Positions 49,422 through 54,554 of a stretch of DNA of 54,554 nucleotides are shown here, in pieces (position 1 is the stretch's first letter; each line of letters starts with the position of its first letter). The notes beneath the pieces are model-generated. The model saw only the letters and a list, made by a program, of their open reading frames with translations, was not told the DNA's origin and ran no database searches. Source of the stretch: an uncultured Verrucomicrobiales bacterium (GTDB lineage Bacteria > Verrucomicrobiota > Verrucomicrobiia > Verrucomicrobiales > DEV007); NCBI GenBank assembly GCA_938091905.1, contig CALKOM010000061.1:1-54554 (forward strand). The letters run 5' to 3'. Made by a program: the position numbers and the translations under genes.

Positions 49422-49982
49422 ATGTCTAACGAGGCACAACCAGAATTACTCACAGTCAAAGAGACTGCCGAGTATCTCCGTATTCCCCTCCCCACTGTTT
49501 ATTATCTAGTCCAGCGCGGTCAGCTACCCGCTATCCAGATTGGCGGTCGGTGGCGTATCAAAAGAAGCCTGCTCGATCGCGACATTCTTCGGAACGAAGA
49601 GTCCGGCCAGCCCACGGTTCTCGTCGTCGACGATGACCCGGCACTACAAACTCTCTTCAAACAATTCCTCAAGAAGGCTGGCTTCGGTCGCATTGTTGTC
49701 GGTTCCGCAGCAGAGGCACTCAGCTTCGCAGACCGCCAGTCCTTTGACTTGGTATTCCTAGACCTCAAGCTGCCTGACATGGCTGGCGACGAGCTCTACG
49801 CCAAATTGAAAGAACTCCACCCTGAAATGCCTATCGTGATCATCACGGGCTATCCAGATAGTGAGATCCTCAGTAAGATCCTCTCCAGTGGCCCTGTCAC
49901 TGTGATCAAGAAGCCGATCGAATTTGATCAGCTCAACCGCACCGTTCGCATCCTCGGTCATAAGGGTGCTGAGGTTTCCTAA
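49422..49982 (+). CDS. Excisionase-type HTH + receiver-domain response regulator
   Basis: LLTVKETAEYLRI...LPAIQIGGRWR (HTH_17-like); VVDDD, FLDLKLP, ITGY, KKP (REC). Start MSNEAQ at 49422. Confidence 0.88.
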   Translation: MSNEAQPELLTVKETAEYLRIPLPTVYYLVQRGQLPAIQIGGRWRIKRSLLDRDILRNEESGQPTVLVVDDDPALQTLFKQFLKKAGFGRIVVGSAAEALSFADRQSFDLVFLDLKLPDMAGDELYAKLKELHPEMPIVIITGYPDSEILSKILSSGPVTVIKKPIEFDQLNRTVRILGHKGAEVS

Positions 49983-50066
49983 AACCTCTGGAGTCTCTGC
50001 TGTTTAGTCGCTTTTGAGCCGCCCTAATGCCTAGGGCGGCTCTTTGCGTATTTCAGGTAAGGTAAA

Positions 50067-50687
50067 ATGCCGCGTCACCAATTCTCCGGATTCTCTCTCG
50101 GGCCTGTGCTCATCATGCTGGCCCTCGTCATCATCGTGGTCCTGTGGAATCACACCCAAGCACCGCTCGGAGTGGATCGAGCAGAGGGAGACTTTCAGGT
50201 TCTCGGTGCTGTCCGCCTGGAAGAGAATCCCGGCAACGATGGCGACAGCTTTCAAGTGCAACACGGCACTCAAGTAAACGTGTATCGACTCTACTTTGTT
50301 GACACCTGTGAGAAAAGCGATCGCTATCGCAGCCGGATCGAACACCAAGCTCGCTACTTTGGTGGACTCAAAGAACAGCACGTCCTCGACCTCGGAGAAC
50401 AAGCGCGAGACCAGACCCTAACATGGCTACGCAATGAACCCTTCGAAGTCTACACCCGTGGCGAGAGCGTCATGAACAGCCATCGTATTCACGCCATGAT
50501 TCGTTTCCCGCAGGCGCCGGAGAATCAGCAATGGCTCTGCGAACGCCTCGTCCACGCAGGCCTCGCACGAATCTATACCCGCGGCACCGCACTCGCAGAT
50601 GGCCGCTCGCGATCGACCTTCGAGAAACACCTTCGTGAGATCGAAAGAGAAGCCAAGAAGTCCAAACGCGGAGCGTGGAGCCTGTAG
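50067..50687 (+). CDS. Thermonuclease (SNase-like) family protein
   Basis: N-terminal TM; NDGDSF, RLYFVDTCE, LVHAGLAR, EAKKSKRGAW. Confidence 0.85.
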   Translation: MPRHQFSGFSLGPVLIMLALVIIVVLWNHTQAPLGVDRAEGDFQVLGAVRLEENPGNDGDSFQVQHGTQVNVYRLYFVDTCEKSDRYRSRIEHQARYFGGLKEQHVLDLGEQARDQTLTWLRNEPFEVYTRGESVMNSHRIHAMIRFPQAPENQQWLCERLVHAGLARIYTRGTALADGRSRSTFEKHLREIEREAKKSKRGAWSL

Positions 50688-50754
50688 CAGTTTCGTAACG
50701 ACGCTATCGTAGTAGAATAGCCATCCTCGGCGGTCCCCACTTGGAGCGAACGCG

Positions 50755-51849
50755 CTAGTTGCCAGGAAACGGGGCAGCTGTCACACGCAAGTGCGTCTCC
50801 AGAGGCTCATGCACCATCGTGGGTTCGGCCTGCATACCACCGTCGCTAGGCCACGCCAACTCGCGATGGGCAGGAGCCAACGTCGCCGTCGCCCAAGCAG
50901 CAGTCAAGCCGCAGCTGACCCAGAGCGCTCCCAAGAGAAGTGATAGCTTGCGAGAGCCCCGATAGGAAAGAATCGCGCGAACACGCTGCTCCAACGCACT
51001 CTGCCGAGTGTTTGGCGACGCCATGTAGAGATAAAGTCCGTTTGCCATGGCAAGACGTGGCGTGTCAGAACGCTGGCTAAAACTCTTCGCTAAGGCAAGG
51101 AGGTGCTTCGCATAATGCGAAGGATCAGTCCCGCTACTGAGCACTGCATGATCACAGGCAAACTCTCGAGTCTGGTGGAGAGAACGGTTGAGCATCCACA
51201 CCAACGGATGAAACCAATACAACGCGCAGACCGATTGACTAAGCCATTGAGTCCAGAGGTCGCGGCGCTTTAGGTGGCCGATCTCGTGCAGCAACACGAT
51301 GCGTAAGCGCTCCGCTTCCCACGCTGACGCTTCCTCTGGCAAAAACACACAAGGACGAAATAAGCCCGCAGCCGCCGGAGACTGGATCATCGGGCACCGA
51401 AAAAGCGACACTTGGCCACGATAATCAAGGGTCGTGGACACTTCAGTGACCAAGCCGCGCCAGTACCCGGAATCCAAAGTCACACTTCGATCACGCCACC
51501 GCTGCAGTTGCCAAATTCCCACGCTTTGTCCGAGCGCGAGAACTCCCATCCCAAGAAACCAAATCGCCATCAGACTACCAATCCAACCTTGGGTGACCAC
51601 GGTCACAGACTCGCCAGCTGCCATGGCTAACGGAGAACTCATTGCCGGGAGAAACGGCACCTCCACACGAGGCAGGCACCAACTCAGCGGTAACAGTGCC
51701 AGTCCAACCATGCCTGTAGTCAAGAGCGCACATCGAAATGGCGCAGAACGGCGGGCACTCAATTTCAGCCCCAACCAAATCATGGCTACAAGAACCGTGC
51801 TTCGGATCGCGAGACTAACGAATAGATTCTGACAAACTTCGAGATTCAT
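50755..51849 (-). CDS. M56-family (BlaR1-like) membrane metallopeptidase without a folded sensor domain
   Basis: HEIGHLKRRD, YWFHPLVW, REFACD, LEQRVRAIL; final TM then a short tail ending LRVTAAPFPGN. Confidence 0.9.
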   Translation of the reverse strand: MNLEVCQNLFVSLAIRSTVLVAMIWLGLKLSARRSAPFRCALLTTGMVGLALLPLSWCLPRVEVPFLPAMSSPLAMAAGESVTVVTQGWIGSLMAIWFLGMGVLALGQSVGIWQLQRWRDRSVTLDSGYWRGLVTEVSTTLDYRGQVSLFRCPMIQSPAAAGLFRPCVFLPEEASAWEAERLRIVLLHEIGHLKRRDLWTQWLSQSVCALYWFHPLVWMLNRSLHQTREFACDHAVLSSGTDPSHYAKHLLALAKSFSQRSDTPRLAMANGLYLYMASPNTRQSALEQRVRAILSYRGSRKLSLLLGALWVSCGLTAAWATATLAPAHRELAWPSDGGMQAEPTMVHEPLETHLRVTAAPFPGN

Positions 51850-52241
51850 AACGTAGACACGGATTCTTCCTCAACACGATCCTCCTCAATCAGACGGTGA
51901 ATCTTCTCGATCTCGTCTTGCGTCAGTTTCTGATCCTTGGGATCCAACAAAGCGGCCACCAGATTCTCCGCAGAGTTATCAAAGAACGTCGCCAACAAAT
52001 TCTTCAATGCAGACCGTTTGGCTCGCGAAGGCGCTACCGTTGGCGAATAAATGTACTTACGAGACCGCTTCTCGTGCTTCAGATAGCCCTTCTCCTCAAG
52101 AATGGTGAGCTGGGCGCGAACAGCGGAGTAACTCGGCGGATCAGGCATCGCAGCCTGTACTTCAGCGGCCGACGCAGCGTTCAGCCGGTAGACAACATCC
52201 ATGATCTGGCGCTCGCGACGCGACAATTGATCGGTTTGCAT
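51846..52241 (-). CDS. BlaI/MecI/CopY-family repressor
   Basis: LSRRERQIMDVVY, PPSYSAVRA.L..LEEKG, TFFDNS; 4-bp overlap with the M56 gene. Confidence 0.92.
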   Translation of the reverse strand: MQTDQLSRRERQIMDVVYRLNAASAAEVQAAMPDPPSYSAVRAQLTILEEKGYLKHEKRSRKYIYSPTVAPSRAKRSALKNLLATFFDNSAENLVAALLDPKDQKLTQDEIEKIHRLIEEDRVEEESVSTL

Positions 52242-52244
52242 GGC

Positions 52245-52260
52245 TGCTAATTTGTCTGCA
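52245..52260. promoter_or_regulatory. Candidate BlaI operator (imperfect) at the blaI-like start
   Basis: TGCTA-ATTTGT-CTGCA, 3 bp upstream of the repressor ATG; similar to the site at 52351. Confidence 0.5.
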
Positions 52261-52350
52261 CTTCATGCAGGCGTCAAGGGGCTAAGGTGGAAGAAGAATC
52301 TGGATATAATCAAGATTCCGAAGATAAAACTAGTTGAACTCTGCCTTAAT

Positions 52351-52366
52351 TGCTATTATTTTAGCA
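52351..52366. promoter_or_regulatory. Candidate BlaI operator (perfect arms) at the lipoprotein start
   Basis: TGCTA-TTATTT-TAGCA palindrome, 4 bp upstream of ATG 52371. Confidence 0.6.
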
Positions 52367-52370
52367 TTAA

Positions 52371-53270
52371 ATGAGTGCTTGGAAAGCTACAACTCACCTC
52401 CTTCTCTGCGCAAGCCTCTCCCTCAGCTTCATCGGCTGCGCAACCAATATACCCGTCGCTCCGAGTCCGGCGAAGCTCGCCCCAACTGCGGAGAACATGG
52501 GAATTGAATCGATCACCCATCCTGGTGCCAGGGACGCCAAGCGGGATCGCTACAGTGGCACTCCCAGGTCAATTCCAGCGGCCCACGACACCTCGCAGAA
52601 TCGCAAGCGGGGTGGACTGGCCACCACCTTCGGGGAACAGATTGCTTCCGCCATCGATCATGAGGACTTCAAACGTGGCTTCCTTGCCAAGCCCTTCGCT
52701 GTCGGTGTGCTTCACTACAATGATGCGCAGGGAGCCTCGTCCATGGCGAACTACTTGGGGACTCCCATTCCGTTCGAAGGCGGTCTCGTCACCACCGCGA
52801 AAGGCGTTCTCGACTGGGGAGTGAAGTCTCCTCGCAGGAAGAAGCATCTTGGAGGTTACCTCGTAGATGGGAAACTCATTCTCAAAGGTGAAGAAAAAGA
52901 CCGCTACGCCATCGTCTTACGTAACAATACGAGGCAACCGCTAGAGTTTGTCGTTTCTGTCGATGGTCTCGACGTCATGGACGGTGAACCCGCTTCCTAC
53001 TCAAAACGCGGCTACATCGTCGGGCCAAAACGCACCATGGAGGTGAAAGGCTTCCGTACCAGCACCAGCCAGGTCGCGGCCTTTCGCTTTGGCCGAGTAA
53101 TCGATTCTTACACCGCACTTCGCCACGACGACACACGAAATGTCGGTGTCGTCGGCGTTGCTGTGTTTACCGAGAACAGCAAAAACCCCTGGGTCCTACC
53201 TGACGAATTTCCTAAGCGGGAAGAAGCGAATCCCTTTCCCGGAAGACGCTTTGCGGTCCCGCCCTACTAA
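52371..53270 (+). CDS. Conserved hypothetical lipoprotein
   Basis: Lipobox-like SFIGC; VVSVDGLDVMDG, SKRGYIV, GFRTS...VAAFRF, RNVGVVGVAVF; C-terminal ANPFPGRRFAVPP. Confidence 0.8.
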   Translation: MSAWKATTHLLLCASLSLSFIGCATNIPVAPSPAKLAPTAENMGIESITHPGARDAKRDRYSGTPRSIPAAHDTSQNRKRGGLATTFGEQIASAIDHEDFKRGFLAKPFAVGVLHYNDAQGASSMANYLGTPIPFEGGLVTTAKGVLDWGVKSPRRKKHLGGYLVDGKLILKGEEKDRYAIVLRNNTRQPLEFVVSVDGLDVMDGEPASYSKRGYIVGPKRTMEVKGFRTSTSQVAAFRFGRVIDSYTALRHDDTRNVGVVGVAVFTENSKNPWVLPDEFPKREEANPFPGRRFAVPPY

Positions 53271-53296
53271 GAGGGTATAGGCGGGTCGCGTCAGAT

Positions 53297-53334
53297 CGCG
53301 GGTGTGTGCTTTTTAGAGGGGGCGCACACCCGCG
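53297..53334. terminator. Strong hairpin downstream of the lipoprotein gene
   Basis: cgcgggtgtgtgc...gcgcacacccgcg, 13-bp stem with one G-U pair; no clear U-tail. Confidence 0.5.
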
Positions 53335-53396
53335 CTAGCGTACAGCTAGCTAGGGAATAATCTCGCATCATGACACCGGCTGCCTAGGCTTTAGCC

Positions 53397-54527
53397 ATGA
53401 TCGTCGGAACCGTCAAAGAGATCAAGATTCATGAATACCGTGTCGGCCTGACGCCAGCCGGGGTACGAGCTTACGTGGCGCAGGGACACCGCGTCTTGGT
53501 GGAAACGAGTGCAGGTGAAAGTATCGGGTTTTCGGATGAAGACTATGCAGCCTGCGGCGGAGAGATCGTGCCCACCGTAGAGGAGGTCTTTGGCGAGGCC
53601 GAAATGATCGTGAAAGTGAAAGAGCCACAGGCCGAGGAGATCGCGATGCTACGCAAGGATCAGATTCTCTACACCTACCTCCACTTGGCGGCGGACAAAA
53701 GACAAACGGTGGGTTTGTTAGAAAAAGAAGTGAAGGCCATCGCCTACGAAACGATCGAAGATGAACGCGGTGGCCTTCCCTGTCTTCGCCCCATGAGCGA
53801 GATCGCTGGGCGATTGGCCATCCAACAAGGTGCCAAATATTTGGAGAAAGCCTATGGCGGACGAGGTGTCTTGTTAGGCGGCGTCCCGGGGGTTGGGCGC
53901 GGTCAGGTGGGCATCATCGGCGGCGGCATTGTAGGCCTGAACGCTTGCAAGATGGCCGTGGGTCTCAGTGCCGATGTCACGGTACTAGATCTTTCGTTGG
54001 ATCGCATGGCCTACCTGGATGACATCTTTTCCTCACAGATTACCACGCTGCACAGCACACCTCATCATATCGAGGAAGTGCTCCGGCAATCGGACGTGTT
54101 GGTGGGCGCGGTGCTGATACCAGGGGCCAAGGCACCGAAACTCGTAAAGCGGGAAGATCTGGCCATGATGAAGCCGGGTGCCGTCATTGTGGATGTGGCC
54201 ATTGATCAAGGAGGCTGCTTTGAGACCTCAAAACCAACGAGCCATGATGACCCGACCTACATGGTCGATGGCATTGTTCACTACTGTGTGGCGAACATGC
54301 CAGGGGCAGTGGCACGCACATCAACAATCGCGCTGACTAGCGTGACTCTAAACTACGGTTTGCGGATTGCCGCAGAAGGAGTGGAAGGCTTCTGCCAGGG
54401 TGGCAAAGGATTAGCTTCAGGGCTCAATGTCTTCAAAGGCGAGTGCACCTACGAAGCCGTGGCCAAAGCCCACGACCTGGCATTCTCCCCGTGGTACGAA
54501 GCGATCAAGGTCCCCATGCCACAGTGA
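53397..54527 (+). CDS. ald: Alanine dehydrogenase
   Basis: KEIKIHEYRVGLTP, KVKEP, YLHLAA, PMSEIAGR, DVAIDQGGC, HYCVANMPG. Confidence 0.95.
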   Translation: MIVGTVKEIKIHEYRVGLTPAGVRAYVAQGHRVLVETSAGESIGFSDEDYAACGGEIVPTVEEVFGEAEMIVKVKEPQAEEIAMLRKDQILYTYLHLAADKRQTVGLLEKEVKAIAYETIEDERGGLPCLRPMSEIAGRLAIQQGAKYLEKAYGGRGVLLGGVPGVGRGQVGIIGGGIVGLNACKMAVGLSADVTVLDLSLDRMAYLDDIFSSQITTLHSTPHHIEEVLRQSDVLVGAVLIPGAKAPKLVKREDLAMMKPGAVIVDVAIDQGGCFETSKPTSHDDPTYMVDGIVHYCVANMPGAVARTSTIALTSVTLNYGLRIAAEGVEGFCQGGKGLASGLNVFKGECTYEAVAKAHDLAFSPWYEAIKVPMPQ

Positions 54528-54554
54528 TTCCGAAGAATCGGGATTGAGAAGAAG

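Noticed and set aside
49422..50687. Excisionase-like HTH plus nuclease as a prophage/ICE remnant
   Set aside because: The HTH is fused to a receiver domain; no integrase, att site or phage genes are present.
50755..52241. Beta-lactam resistance locus
   Set aside because: No beta-lactamase or PBP gene, and the M56 protein lacks the penicillin-binding sensor domain.

Overview
A bacterial chromosomal window of moderate GC (roughly mid-50s % by eye). Gene content and protein style suggest Verrucomicrobiota (Verrucomicrobiales-like); this is an inference. Intact housekeeping genes include an IscS/NifS-type cysteine desulfurase, tadA, a YmdB-type phosphodiesterase, aroE, gltX, rsmB, a DinG helicase, holA and ald. 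They are interspersed with five secreted proteins (four large) sharing one C-terminal domain, a GntP + sugar-acid dehydratase pair, a small glycosylation cluster, and a BlaI/M56 module divergent from a lipoprotein. At least a dozen accessory genes are decayed by nonsense codons, frameshifts or internal deletions, while the core genes show no lesions. The most notable observations are: (1) the M56 sensor and the divergent lipoprotein end in the same 'E..xR..A.PFPG' peptide, and both gene starts have TGCTA-N6-TAGCA-like operators; (2) a shared C-terminal '[YF]xVExSxDLxxW...F[YF]R' domain on five unrelated exported proteins, a candidate sorting signal; (3) a minimal kinase domain fused to a PP2C phosphatase; (4) a 211-bp MITE with perfect 17-bp TIRs and a TA duplication inside a GNAT gene. 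I recognised no rRNA, tRNA or CRISPR array. All family calls come from motif recognition only; no database search was run.
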